A DNA stretch of 64,000 nucleotides from an uncultured Chloroflexia bacterium (GTDB lineage Bacteria > Chloroflexota > Anaerolineae > JAAYZQ01): positions 1,760,001 through 1,824,000 of the forward strand of contig CAVOXA010000001.1 of assembly GCA_963700285.1 (NCBI GenBank). The letters run 5' to 3'. Positions within the stretch are counted from its first letter, which is position 1. Each line of letters starts with the position of its first letter. Made by a program: the position numbers and the translations under genes. The notes under the pieces were generated by a model, which saw only the letters and a program-made list of their open reading frames with translations, searched no databases and was not told the DNA's origin. This document shows, in pieces, positions 10,140-20,396 of the stretch.

Positions 10140-11204
10140 TCAGGGTCTGGGTTTGAACATGCTTATCACGCCCCAGACCAGGCCCAGTCCTAGTGACAGC
10201 GTTCGCACCAAGATCAACGCTGGAGCGACGAGTGCAACCTGCCAGCCCTGCTGACTGGCTTTGACGATGAGCGGCAATGAACTGGCAAGTCCCAGGAATG
10301 CAGCGAATATGGCCACGGACCAGGGTAGGCCCCCCCAGACGGCGGCGACAACCGCCCCAAGTGTCAGAGGTAGGAGCACAATCTGGGCTTTCTGTGTCCA
10401 CGGTGTGTAAGAGTCGCGAATCGCCCTTGCCGGGTGCCGGATGTGAACGCGGATCTTCCATCGACCCAACCCTATCTTTCGCCGGGCATAGGCCCAGACC
10501 GTGGTCGGATGCTGATGATAGACGACGGCCTTGGGTGCAAACACCAGCCGATGCCCTGCCTGTGCCAGGCGATAGGAGAATTCTTGATCTTCATCCAGAA
10601 GATAATCGGGATCGAATCCTCCGGATTCCAGGAACAACTCGCGGCGGTAGGCAGCCGCGTGCGTATCGACAAAGTCTATCTGATCTGCCTGTGCCAGGCG
10701 GTCGTATTTTTCTTCGTACTCGGCCTGGGTGAAACGTGCCACCAGTGAGCGTTGCCGTGTTCGGTACACGCCTTTGGCCCCAGCAACGGCGTCATCGGAA
10801 AAGGGCTGCAGCATCCGCTCGATCCAGTCGGAGCTGGGTTCACAGTCGGCATCGGTAAAGAGCAGAACGTGGCCTTGAGCGTTCTGCGCACCACGGTTCC
10901 GCGCCGCTGCCGCCCCCGTGTGATCTTGACGGATGACGGTCACGCCCTTCAGGCTGGCAATCTGGGCGGATCCATCGGTAGATCCATCGTCGACGACGAT
11001 CACTTTGTAGCTACTGGCCTCAGTTTCTTGTCCGGACAGTGCCAGCAAGCAGTTCTCGAGGACGGCCGCGCCGTTGAAAACTGGAACGATGACGGATGCT
11101 TTCCGCGCTTCACGGTCGGACCTGCTGCCAGGTTCGTTGATCTCCTGTTGCCTCCTCCTTGGCTTTGGATCGGACTTATTCTGCTGGCTGCAATTCTGCG
11201 ACAA
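10140..11204 (-). CDS. Glycosyltransferase family 2 with C-terminal TM helices
   Basis: SVIVPVFNG, VVDDGSTD, AAARNRG, FTDADC, EDQE. Confidence 0.9.
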   Translation of the reverse strand: MSQNCSQQNKSDPKPRRRQQEINEPGSRSDREARKASVIVPVFNGAAVLENCLLALSGQETEASSYKVIVVDDGSTDGSAQIASLKGVTVIRQDHTGAAAARNRGAQNAQGHVLLFTDADCEPSSDWIERMLQPFSDDAVAGAKGVYRTRQRSLVARFTQAEYEEKYDRLAQADQIDFVDTHAAAYRRELFLESGGFDPDYLLDEDQEFSYRLAQAGHRLVFAPKAVVYHQHPTTVWAYARRKIGLGRWKIRVHIRHPARAIRDSYTPWTQKAQIVLLPLTLGAVVAAVWGGLPWSVAIFAAFLGLASSLPLIVKASQQGWQVALVAPALILVRTLSLGLGLVWGVISMFKPRP

Positions 11205-11979
11205 CGACGACGCGGTGCGAGTTGCTTTCGTAGGGCCAACAGGTGATGAGCGTCAGGATCGGATCCGTAGTGGGATCCATATAGTGCGCATAGTTGCGGC
11301 GTTCCGTGTCTGGAATGCCTTCTACCTGGAATCGATCCCACGAGACCACCCTGTAGGTGTGTTGGCCTCCATCCGCAGCCACGAGGATGAGGTCCGTCCC
11401 CTCGCTGAGGAGGCTACCAGGCAGGCCGATCTCACTCACTTGGCGGAATACCTCAGCCCCCGTGTTGTGGTGCCCAGAGAGAACGACGTTGCCTCCTTCG
11501 CCCGGGTTGGCGCTGTTGCGGTGATGGCCGGCAGCATCGTCGACGGTTTGCCATTTGCTGTGCCAGGTACCGTCCTCGAGTGCTGCCTCCCAACTCACCT
11601 CCACAACAGGTACATCGAGCCCTAGATCAGGTATGCGTAGCTGGGTGGGACGCGAGCCGGAACCCAAGGCCGCCAGGTTGACCTGGCTCGATGGTGCTAT
11701 AGCCCCCGGCGATGGAATGGGAGTGGCAGGAATTGGTACTGGTTCATCTGTGCTCGCCAAGGTTTCTTCCGGTTCGGCAGTCCACAGGGCCTGGGGGGCG
11801 GCGCTGGGCGTGGGCGGCAGGGTGAGAATGGGCGGTGAAGTCGGCCATGCGGTCAAGGTTAGGGCCATCTCAGGCTGCAACGTCAATCGTTCAGCGATGA
11901 CCGTCCGCTCTGGAGGCTGAACCGGCTGGTCGGTGCAGGCTGCCAGCAGCACCGATGCTAGCATGCACAAAGCCAGCAA
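11176..11979 (-). CDS. Sortase (probable lipoprotein; start possibly affected by an indel near 12005)
   Basis: GNVVLSGHH, LTLITC and downstream R (His-Cys-Arg triad); LLAAC lipobox. Confidence 0.9.
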   Translation of the reverse strand: MLALCMLASVLLAACTDQPVQPPERTVIAERLTLQPEMALTLTAWPTSPPILTLPPTPSAAPQALWTAEPEETLASTDEPVPIPATPIPSPGAIAPSSQVNLAALGSGSRPTQLRIPDLGLDVPVVEVSWEAALEDGTWHSKWQTVDDAAGHHRNSANPGEGGNVVLSGHHNTGAEVFRQVSEIGLPGSLLSEGTDLILVAADGGQHTYRVVSWDRFQVEGIPDTERRNYAHYMDPTTDPILTLITCWPYESNSHRVVVVAELQPAE

Positions 11980-12116
11980 CCAGCGGTTTCGAAGACCTAG
12001 TCTTAATCATGGCATTTCTTTCTTGTTGCTCGCATCTGACAGCCAGGGTTGCTGGCAAATCACAGGCGGGTTGTCTGCACCACCAAGCCTGGAGACACCA
12101 GCTCCGTGTCGAGCGT

Positions 12117-12145
12117 ATTATAGCATGACCACCAGGCTTTGACAA
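12117..12145 (-). promoter_or_regulatory. Sigma70-type promoter for the sortase operon
   Basis: TTGTCA-17 bp-TATAAT with extended TG on the minus strand. Confidence 0.7.
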
Positions 12146-12209
12146 ATCGCCTTCTCTCGCCGCAACCGGCAGCTTCTGCCATACCCCCACACAGGCACTG
12201 GGATCAGAC

Positions 12210-12238
12210 TTGCTCTCGGTGCCTGAACATGGTATAAT
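12210..12238 (+). promoter_or_regulatory. Sigma70-type promoter, divergent, for the secreted GH-like genes
   Basis: TTGCTC-17 bp-TATAAT with extended TG. Confidence 0.7.
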
Positions 12239-12279
12239 CGCAGCACTCTGGTCGAAAGCAGGCTCCTCTATCGACCATC

Positions 12280-14793
12280 ATGAAAGGGGTGGCGATGTCG
12301 AGGCAAAACGGGAGTAAAGATGGAGCAGCGCCAATACTGATCCATTGCCTGCTCAAGGGCGCGGGCCGGCTGGCAGGGGTCCTCACGGTCATTGTCGTAG
12401 CAGTTCTTTCAACTGCTGCAGTTACCTGGGCCGACGAGCCGGTTTGTCGCCCACCCCTGGTCGATCGCCAGCGCTTTGGGTACACAACCCATGCCTACGG
12501 GTGGCCCGGTATCTTCGACATTGACCAGATGCGAGCGGGGTGGTATGTGGATCACTCCTATACAGCTACCCATCCTGATGGTATGGATCATACCGTTCTG
12601 GTCAAGGTTCGAAACCCGGTGACCGGCAAACTCATCGATCCTAGCCAGTTCGGCCCAACGGTGGACAGCAATCCTGGGGCCACCTGGCTCATCGGCAACG
12701 AGCCCGACTGTATTTGGCAGGATGATGTCATGCCAGAGGAGTATGCTCGTGTCTATCATGGGTTGTACACGATGATCAAGAGCCGGGATCAAACGGGCCG
12801 GGTTGCGGCCGGCGGCATCGTCCAGCCGACACCGCTGCGACTTGAGTATCTCGATAAGGTCTTGACTTCCTACCGGGCGCAATACGGTCAGGACATGCCT
12901 GTTGACCTTTGGCACATCCACAATGCGATCCTGAACGAAGAGCGTGGAGGCTGGGGCGCAGAGATTCCCCCAGGGAGCAGCGCGGCAAAGGGCGAGGTCC
13001 GCGCTGTTGACGACAATGACAACATGACCATGTTCAAGGGTCAGATTTGGGCTTTTCGGCAGTGGATGGCTGATCGTGGCTATCGCAACTACCCGCTCAT
13101 CGTGACCGAGTATGGCGTTCTAATGCCCGATGACTATGGCTTCACCACAGCGCGGGTCAATGCTTTCATGTCGGAGACTTTTGCGTTTTTCCAGAATACC
13201 AAGGACGTGTCCCTGGGCGATCCTATGGACGGCAACCGGTTGGTGCAGCGCTGGGCTTGGTTCAGTTTGGACGTTCACTCCTGGGACGGCCGCGAGGGAT
13301 TCAATGGCAACTTGTTTGACCCCGACACGGCAGCACTCACGCCCCACGGGCAGAACTATGCTAGTCATACGGGCTCAAATCCACCACTCGAGTACATAGA
13401 TTTGGGCCTGGCCGCTTTCAAGGTCCTGTCGGCGGAGCAGGCCAACCCTGCGGAGGATGTATCGAGAGACGTTCAAGTCAGGGTTGTCAACATTGGGACC
13501 GTCGACGCAGGGGGCTTTGATGTCGAGCTTGACTATGGAGGTCCAACCGCTGGCACGCTGAACAAGCATGTGACTGGCTTGGGTGCTGGTGCTGCGCGTT
13601 GGGTTAGCTTTAGGCTGGACAATCTGGCGCCAGGTGCATACAGGGTGGCCATAGAGGTCGATCCCGCGAATGAGGTGGGCGAGAACGCAGAGTGCAACAA
13701 TGCACGCGAGATGAAGCTCGTCGTTCCAACGGACAGTCTGTATCTGCCCGTGACTGCGATGCGGGGCGGGCGTGTGACTGCCCGTGCCGTCCCGTCCGTG
13801 CGCGATGCTATTCCTGTCGCGGCCAAGGATTCCCCGTCGCGCGAAGAGGAGCCCGGTTTCCAGGAATTCCCGATGCCGACGGGCAACAGCTACCCCGCGC
13901 AGATCGCCCTGGATCTGACCAATCAGGTGGCATGGATCAGCGAACGGGATGGGAACAAGATCGCGCAGTTTGATCTGCAGACTCGAACCTGGGGCCAGGA
14001 GTACACGATTCCGACAGCAGGCAGCCAGCCATGGGGCCTGGCCGTGGATGGGCAAGGGAATGTGTGGTTTGCCGAGACCACGGGCAACAAGATCGGCAAG
14101 CTGGATCGGGCCACGGGCAAAATCATCGAGTATGACGTTCCCACACCAAACAGCCAACCCTGGGCGGTCGCCATCGGCGATGATGGGAGCGTCTGGTTCA
14201 CGGAGCGTTCAGGGAACAAGATCGGCAGGCTGGTACCGGATACGGGTCAGTTCAGTGAGTATGACCTTCTGACTCCAGGCTCCCAGCCGGTTGGTATCGA
14301 TACGCAGGGCATCTATGTCTGGTTTACCATGACCGCGGTGAACAAGCTTGGGCGGCTGAGGGCCAGCGATGGCCGGATCATCGAGTTCACGCCTCCCACG
14401 CCGAACAGCGCGCCCCAAGAAGTGGTACTCAACCCTCGCGGCAAGCCTTGGTTCTCACTGAAGCAAGGGAACAAACTTCTCTTCATCGACATCGAAACGC
14501 ACGGTCTCTATACCGAGTTTCCGGTCCCAACCTCCGGCAGCGAGCCATTTGGGCTGGCGATTGATGGTGATGTTGCCATATGGTTCACCGAGCGGGCTGG
14601 CAACAAACTGGGCAGTTTTACAGGTAGTGGCTGGATGCGCGATTACCCACTGCCCACTGCCAACAGCTCACCCACCGACGTCGCTGTAGACAGTGTGGGC
14701 TGTGCCTGGTACAGCGCCCCTGGCTCCAACCGGATCGGGCAGTTCTGCGCGCCCCCGGTTGAGCTGCTGTTTCTCCCCCTGGTCCAGAGGTAG
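12280..14793 (+). CDS. Secreted multidomain protein: clan-A GH-like barrel + CARDB-like Ig domain + Vgb/streptogramin-lyase-like beta-propeller
   Basis: WLIGNEPD and IVTEYG catalytic Glu motifs; VRVVNIGT...VDPANEVGE..ECNN (CARDB); repeated P.G.A.D..G.VWF.E..GNKIG blades. Confidence 0.8.
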   Translation: MKGVAMSRQNGSKDGAAPILIHCLLKGAGRLAGVLTVIVVAVLSTAAVTWADEPVCRPPLVDRQRFGYTTHAYGWPGIFDIDQMRAGWYVDHSYTATHPDGMDHTVLVKVRNPVTGKLIDPSQFGPTVDSNPGATWLIGNEPDCIWQDDVMPEEYARVYHGLYTMIKSRDQTGRVAAGGIVQPTPLRLEYLDKVLTSYRAQYGQDMPVDLWHIHNAILNEERGGWGAEIPPGSSAAKGEVRAVDDNDNMTMFKGQIWAFRQWMADRGYRNYPLIVTEYGVLMPDDYGFTTARVNAFMSETFAFFQNTKDVSLGDPMDGNRLVQRWAWFSLDVHSWDGREGFNGNLFDPDTAALTPHGQNYASHTGSNPPLEYIDLGLAAFKVLSAEQANPAEDVSRDVQVRVVNIGTVDAGGFDVELDYGGPTAGTLNKHVTGLGAGAARWVSFRLDNLAPGAYRVAIEVDPANEVGENAECNNAREMKLVVPTDSLYLPVTAMRGGRVTARAVPSVRDAIPVAAKDSPSREEEPGFQEFPMPTGNSYPAQIALDLTNQVAWISERDGNKIAQFDLQTRTWGQEYTIPTAGSQPWGLAVDGQGNVWFAETTGNKIGKLDRATGKIIEYDVPTPNSQPWAVAIGDDGSVWFTERSGNKIGRLVPDTGQFSEYDLLTPGSQPVGIDTQGIYVWFTMTAVNKLGRLRASDGRIIEFTPPTPNSAPQEVVLNPRGKPWFSLKQGNKLLFIDIETHGLYTEFPVPTSGSEPFGLAIDGDVAIWFTERAGNKLGSFTGSGWMRDYPLPTANSSPTDVAVDSVGCAWYSAPGSNRIGQFCAPPVELLFLPLVQR

Positions 14794-14833
14794 CAATTAC
14801 CATGGACCTATGGGTGATCGAAAGAGTTGGGCG

Positions 14834-16330
14834 ATGAAGCGCCCATCCTTGTCATTGAGAGTCGTCCCTCTTCCAGCGATCGTGTCACTTTCCGTTCTTT
14901 TTGCACTGGTGTTTGCGGTCGTGCTATTGGGAGAGCCAGGGGGGCCGGCCATGGCCAGAGGGGGCGCTGCAGAAGGCATGGCGGCACCCCCCCCGGTTCC
15001 TATCACTCAGGCTGGTCGTACTGATGTTGCCGGGCGAAGCGCTGTGGGCGCGGTTGCTTCCCATGCGGCCCTGCTCCCCTTGGTTTCAAAGGATTCAGGC
15101 GCGACGCCTCCACCTTTTGGCGTACAACTCTTTGCCCTCGATGCCTCCATCGTGGCAAAGGCGGATCAACTCGGGGCCGGTTGGATACGGATACCGTTTT
15201 ACTGGGATCAGGTCGAACCGGTGAACACCGTTCCCGAGAACTATCAGTGGCCCGCTGCCTTTGAAACGCGGCTTGCCGACTTGGCCAGCAGGAATATCCG
15301 GGTGATCCTCACTTTGGGCGGCAATCCGCGGTGGGCGGCCACTCATGCTTCTGGACCCATCGACAATGCTGACATGAGCGAGATGGTCCAGTTCCTCGAA
15401 GCTGCGGTAGCTCGCTATGGCAAGGAGCCCTTTAACGTCAAGCATTGGGAGTTTTACAACGAACCGGACAATGGCGATCCGCTCTATGGTGAGCGCGGAT
15501 TCGGATTCTTTGGGACACAACCCAAGGCTTATGTAGATCTTCTGAGCGCGGTGTATGGGCCGATGAAGGCCGTCGATCCCATGGTTCAGATCGTTTTTGG
15601 CGGCATCGCTTACGACAACTGGACTCCTGAAGGGCCCTTCATCCAAGACTTTTTGGATCGGGTTCTGGAAGAAGGTGGCGGCGCATATTTCGACCTGATG
15701 AATTTCCATTACTATCCGGCTTTTAGCGCAGTGTGGGCTCCCTATGGCAGGGATATCCTCGGCAAGGTGAACTTTTTGCGGAGAAAGCTGGCGGCCTACG
15801 GTGTGGACAAGCCCTTTGTGTGTACCGAGGCAGGTTACTGGAGCGATCCCGCGCATGGCGGCAGCCACGAGAGCCAAAGCCGCTATGTGGTGCAGCTGCT
15901 GACCAGGAGTAAGGCTGCGGATCTGCGAGCCCTGACGTGGTTCTGGTTCATCGACGAGATCTATCTGGGCAGCCGAAAGTACGGCTTGCTCAATCCTGAC
16001 CTCAGTCCCAAGCCTGCCTACTTTGCCTTTCAAACATTCTCAAGAAAGATGTCCTCAGCGGACTATGTGCGAGCCCTTGCGCCAGGCAAGGAAGGCTCGG
16101 ATCAGATCGAGGGCTACGAATTCGATATCCGGTTTAGCCCTGACCACACTGTGGTTGCCTGGACCAATGATGATGCCTTCCACACTCTGATGCTTCAGAC
16201 CGGCCAGGTGACCCTTACGGACAAGTTCGGCAGCGTACATACGGTCTTGGACGGGGATGATGGTTCGGTGGACGGTCGTGTGCTCGTGAGCATTGGCCCC
16301 AGCCCCGTCTATGTGACCTTTGAACCGTAG
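14834..16330 (+). CDS. Secreted clan-A glycoside hydrolase-like protein (GH5/GH39-like)
   Basis: Signal/TM; GAGWIRIPFYWDQVEP, WEFYNEPD, NFHYY, VCTEAG. Confidence 0.8.
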   Translation: MKRPSLSLRVVPLPAIVSLSVLFALVFAVVLLGEPGGPAMARGGAAEGMAAPPPVPITQAGRTDVAGRSAVGAVASHAALLPLVSKDSGATPPPFGVQLFALDASIVAKADQLGAGWIRIPFYWDQVEPVNTVPENYQWPAAFETRLADLASRNIRVILTLGGNPRWAATHASGPIDNADMSEMVQFLEAAVARYGKEPFNVKHWEFYNEPDNGDPLYGERGFGFFGTQPKAYVDLLSAVYGPMKAVDPMVQIVFGGIAYDNWTPEGPFIQDFLDRVLEEGGGAYFDLMNFHYYPAFSAVWAPYGRDILGKVNFLRRKLAAYGVDKPFVCTEAGYWSDPAHGGSHESQSRYVVQLLTRSKAADLRALTWFWFIDEIYLGSRKYGLLNPDLSPKPAYFAFQTFSRKMSSADYVRALAPGKEGSDQIEGYEFDIRFSPDHTVVAWTNDDAFHTLMLQTGQVTLTDKFGSVHTVLDGDDGSVDGRVLVSIGPSPVYVTFEP

Positions 16331-16355
16331 CGGATCCGGGCCTGGGTGCGGGGTT

Positions 16356-16397
16356 CCAAGCAAAAGAACCGGCCACGTGGCCGGTTCTTTTGCTTGG
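16356..16397. terminator. Bidirectional intrinsic terminator
   Basis: Perfect 42-bp palindrome CCAAGCAAAAGAACCGGCCAC|GTGGCCGGTTCTTTTGCTTGG between convergent genes. Confidence 0.8.
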
Positions 16398-16427
16398 TGA
16401 TGCTTGTTGGCTGCCAGGCCAGCGTAT

Positions 16428-18054
16428 TCAGGAGCTACTGCTGGCGGAAGGCGGCTTGGACCTGCGCTTGCGCTTTCTGCGGCGACGCCCTTTGGTATCC
16501 TGGGCATAGTAATAGTAATAGTAGTTGCCCTCCCCTTGGCCGCGGCTTGACATGCGGTTCCAGGCGACGCCCAGAAGGTTGGCGCCCACCTGCCGCATCC
16601 TTTCCACGGCGTGCTTTGCTGCTGCCTCGCGGGTGCGTCCGGCATAAGTGACTACCAGCACGCCATCCGTCTGGGGGGCCAGCACCGCGGCGTCCGTGAC
16701 CGGCAGGATGGGCGGCGTATCAAAGACCACAATGTCGGCCTCTTCCTTGATCTGCTCCAGGAGACCCCGCATCTTCTGGGAGCCCAACAGCTCTGAGGGA
16801 TTGGGCGGCAGAGGTCCGCTGGGCAGTACCCGGAGGTTCTCGATCCCAGTTTCCTGCAGGTGACCGTCCAGCACGGGTCGATCTTCGAACAGGATGTTGG
16901 TCAGCCCTTCCTTGTTGGAAACCTGAAAGATCTTGTGGACCATCGGCCGGCGCAGGTCGGCATCCACCAGGACCACCCTGCTACCTGTCTGGGCCATCAC
17001 GACGGCCAGGTTGGCGGCCATGGTGCTCTTGCCCTCCAGCGCGTTCGCGCTGGTAACAACGATGGATCTCAGCGGGCGGTCCAGGGACGAAAACCGGAGG
17101 CTGGTGCGGAGCGAGCGATAGGCCTCAGAGATCGGTGACTTGGGATGGCGCGCGGTGATCAGCTTTTCCGGTGGTGCGTCGCCAGGAATGCGGCTGATGG
17201 TGCCCAGCGTGGCCAGGCCCATCGCTTTCTGCGCATCATCGGCAGATCTTCAGGGTATCGTCCAGGTACTCGATCAGGAAGGCCGCGCCGATGGCCAGCA
17301 TCGCTCCCACGACGGCTGCCAGGGCCACCTGCATCATCCAGTTGGATCCAATGGGGGTCGTCGGTACGGGCGCCTCTTCGATGACGGTCAGGACGTTCGT
17401 GCCGGTCTCACCCAGCAGCAACTGGTACTGGGCAAAAGTGGCCTGCCAGTTGTTGATCTGGCTCTCCAGCGTGTTGATGCGGGTCTGGATGTCCTGGATC
17501 TGCCTGGCGCTGAAAGCCTCACTCAACTCGGCCTGCAGTTCCTCGATCTCTTGCTGGGCCGCCTGGATCTTGGGTGGCAGACTGGCGGACTGGGTCTGGA
17601 TGAACTCGCGATTCCTGTCCTGGGGCCTGGAACGCTCCACGGTGGACATCAGTTGTCGCGACACTTCATCCGCGATGAGTTTGGCCCGTTGGGGATCGTT
17701 ATCGGTGACTCGCAGCTCCATGAGCTGGGTGCCAGGGATGAGATTGACGCCGATCTGCCCTCGCAGCCGGGTCCACTGATCCTCAAACCCCAACGCCTTG
17801 GCCGTGTTCTTTAGGATAGGCTCGCGCTTGATCAGTTCCGAGTAGGTCTGGGCCAGGCGCTCGCTGGTATAGAAATCAGAATAGTTGGGATCGACTTTCT
17901 GGATGGCCTGGCCGATCATGAGCGTGGTTGACGTCTGGAAGATATCAGGCTGGTCCTTGACCGTCCACCAAGCAGCAAAACCGGCAATGAGCGTGGCCAG
18001 GACGATCAACCACGACCATTTCCAGATGGTCCCTGCATATTCACGTAGTTCCAT
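16428..18054 (-). CDS. wzc: Polysaccharide co-polymerase / tyrosine autokinase (Wzc/CpsCD-like), split by one frameshift near 17240
   Basis: Wzz-like N-terminal half; ISEAYRSLRT, Walker A EGKST, VDADLRRP, DTPP; C-terminal YYYYYY cluster. Confidence 0.88.
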
Positions 18055-18229
18055 CTTTTACCTCTCCGATCGCTGGGGAGAAGGCCTCACCCTGCCACAA
18101 CCGGACCCGGCACGTTGGCCAGATCACTCTTGGGCTTGGGCCCAGGCCCACTCGTTCTCCCTTGTGTCGCTCAGGTTGTCAGGAACAGGGATGCGACGTG
18201 CGTCGGCGGTGGGTGTTACCCTGTTCCCC

Positions 18230-18258
18230 ATTATAGCATATTCTGCTAGAAAGTTCAA
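18230..18258 (-). promoter_or_regulatory. Internal sigma70-type promoter upstream of wzc
   Basis: TTGAAC-17 bp-TATAAT with extended TG on the minus strand. Confidence 0.65.
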
Positions 18259-18266
18259 CCCAGAAA

Positions 18267-20396
18267 CTACTTGATCCAGACAGGATCCCAATCATTGTAC
18301 GGGCTGTCAAGTAGCAGTCGCCGGTCAGTGCCATCGGCATTCATGATCCAGAGCTGGCGAGTGCCTTTTGTCTGGTTGGACCAGAATACGATCTGCGACC
18401 CGTCGGGAGAAAAGGTCGGATGCTTGTCCCACTCCCACGTGTTAAAGGTCAAGCGCTGTTTCTCTGATCCCTGGGGATTCACCCGAAAGATCTCGTCGCT
18501 GCCGCCCTCGGGGCCCATCTCCTGCGAGACGTAGGCGATAACGTCGTCCTGGGGAGACCAAGCCGGATCGTAGCTCAACCTGCTAGAGAAGGTGATCGCC
18601 CATTTGATTCCCGTACTCAACTGGGTCACATAGATCTGCTCTCCTCTCTCTCCGGTTGTTACGCTGGCCATATATTCTCCGTCGGGCGACATACGATCCA
18701 GCCGCAGCGCTTCTTCGTAAGGCCAGCGGTCAGTCAGCAGGGCCACGCGATTGGTCTTGGGATCGAGCAGGTAGACATCGGGTATCTCGCCGCCGCCCCG
18801 GTCCGATAGGAAGGCGATCTTGTCTCGCAGGACACTGGGGATCGGCGGCAGTGCTGTGCCAGTGGCTGTGGCCGTCATGGTCGGAGTTCCCGTCAGTTTG
18901 TCCAGCCAGACCAACACCGGCGTCTTGGTGGGCCGCGGCGTGTTGGTGGCGGTGGCCAGGCTGGGTGGCGTTGGGGTCGGGGTGCCGGTAAGAATGGTAT
19001 TTGCTGTGGCCAGCGCGCGGAGATAGGCAGCGGTCGCCCGGTTTTCCGGTGTCGGTGTGTTGGTGATCACGATATAGTAGGGCGTGGCCGTGGCCATGTA
19101 CTCGGGTGTGGTCGTCGCTGTCCCCGTTGTTTCAGCCCGCGCTGTCTCCCGCACGGCGATGGCCGCAGCGGTCACGGCGTTTTCCGCGGTGGGCGTGCTG
19201 GTAACCACCCAGTATACCGGTGTGTCGGTGGCTGTCGGAGTCAGGCTGGGTGTCGGCGTGAGGCTGGCCGTGGGTGTCAGGCTGGCGGTTGGCGTAAGGG
19301 TAGGCGGCCGGGTGCCGGTCGGGATGGGGGTGCCGGGCGGTGCTCCTACGTTCAGCAGTAGACGAGGGCGGTGACCCTGCGTAGCCGGGCCATAGCCGGT
19401 ATCCCAGGCAAAGACACTGTTTTCCCCTGTCAGGGGCCCATCCAGCCGGAAAGAGACCGTGAAATGCTCGTCGAGCAGGCGCTGTTCCAGATCTTGGATC
19501 TGCTCGCGCGACAGCTCAAATACATTGGTTTCGCCCACAACCAGGTCGCCCACGCCCAGCGCCGGCGGCAAGGTCCACGCGATCGGCGCATTGTGCGCGT
19601 CCTGATAGGTCATCCGGCTCCATGCCTCGTCAGCGTCACGAGCCAAGATCCGCATCTCCCATACGCCGGTGCCATTCATGCGACGGGCGTCCAGCCCGGC
19701 GATCTCTAGGGTGGCGGCGTGGATGGTCGCGCCCCGAGGTATGGCCGAGAGATCAAACTGCATCACTCCGTGGTAGATGATGCCGTCAAACAGGCCGGTA
19801 TAGAGGTAGGAATCGCCCAGATGGTTGCCCCGCTCTTCGTCGCTGGCTACCCAGCCGGCCGCACCCGGATCGGGGGACAATCCGTATACGGCTCCTCCCG
19901 GAAAGGGCGTGGGTGTGGCCGTGGGATCAAAGAACTCGAAGGTGGGCGTTGGCGCGACCGCAATCGCCGTATCCGTCGGCATGGGCGAGAAGGTGGGGGT
20001 GACGGTCGGGACCACGCCGGGCCCCAGCGTAGCGGTGGGGGTCGTGGTTGGTGCCGGGCTCAACAGTGCCGATCCGTAGGTGTAGAGCAAGGCCGCTACA
20101 GCCACGATGCCCACAAACCAGAGGATCACCCGGAGCGCGGGAAAACGGGGCGGCATGGGACCATAGCCATCCTCGTCGTCCTCGGGAACGATGGCCGTGG
20201 GCGGCGGTGGCGCTGACGGTTCGCGATAGAACTGGCAGCCCCGATGCGCGCCCACCAGGCAGAACTGGGCCTGGTAGTCGAGTTCAATATCCGCTTCGGG
20301 CTCCTGCGCGTAGCAGACGTGTGCTTCGTGCGCTTCCATGCCGCGGAGGTCGCGGTCTTCGTCAGAGCCCAACCAGGGGCAGAGGTCAGTGGCCAT
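18267..20396 (-). CDS. Membrane-anchored protein: Cys-rich N-terminal domain, TM, Pro/Thr linkers, DNRLRE-like beta domain, TolB-like PD40 repeats
   Basis: CPWLG...VC...FC...H.GC; TM; GVMQFDLSAIPRGATIHAATL; (TPTASL)n; PAWSPQDD / PTFSPDGSQIVF repeats. Confidence 0.75.
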   Translation of the reverse strand: MATDLCPWLGSDEDRDLRGMEAHEAHVCYAQEPEADIELDYQAQFCLVGAHRGCQFYREPSAPPPPTAIVPEDDEDGYGPMPPRFPALRVILWFVGIVAVAALLYTYGSALLSPAPTTTPTATLGPGVVPTVTPTFSPMPTDTAIAVAPTPTFEFFDPTATPTPFPGGAVYGLSPDPGAAGWVASDEERGNHLGDSYLYTGLFDGIIYHGVMQFDLSAIPRGATIHAATLEIAGLDARRMNGTGVWEMRILARDADEAWSRMTYQDAHNAPIAWTLPPALGVGDLVVGETNVFELSREQIQDLEQRLLDEHFTVSFRLDGPLTGENSVFAWDTGYGPATQGHRPRLLLNVGAPPGTPIPTGTRPPTLTPTASLTPTASLTPTPSLTPTATDTPVYWVVTSTPTAENAVTAAAIAVRETARAETTGTATTTPEYMATATPYYIVITNTPTPENRATAAYLRALATANTILTGTPTPTPPSLATATNTPRPTKTPVLVWLDKLTGTPTMTATATGTALPPIPSVLRDKIAFLSDRGGGEIPDVYLLDPKTNRVALLTDRWPYEEALRLDRMSPDGEYMASVTTGERGEQIYVTQLSTGIKWAITFSSRLSYDPAWSPQDDVIAYVSQEMGPEGGSDEIFRVNPQGSEKQRLTFNTWEWDKHPTFSPDGSQIVFWSNQTKGTRQLWIMNADGTDRRLLLDSPYNDWDPVWIK

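Noticed and set aside
13855-14750. Vgb-like propeller as a streptogramin resistance gene
   Set aside because: It is a domain of a secreted multidomain protein, and the fold is widespread and does not imply resistance.
16504-16525. TAGTAA tandem repeat
   Set aside because: It simply encodes the Wzc C-terminal tyrosine cluster.
19225-19300. 18-bp tandem repeats
   Set aside because: In-frame Pro/Thr linker coding (TPTASL), unrelated to the 7-9-nt tracts.
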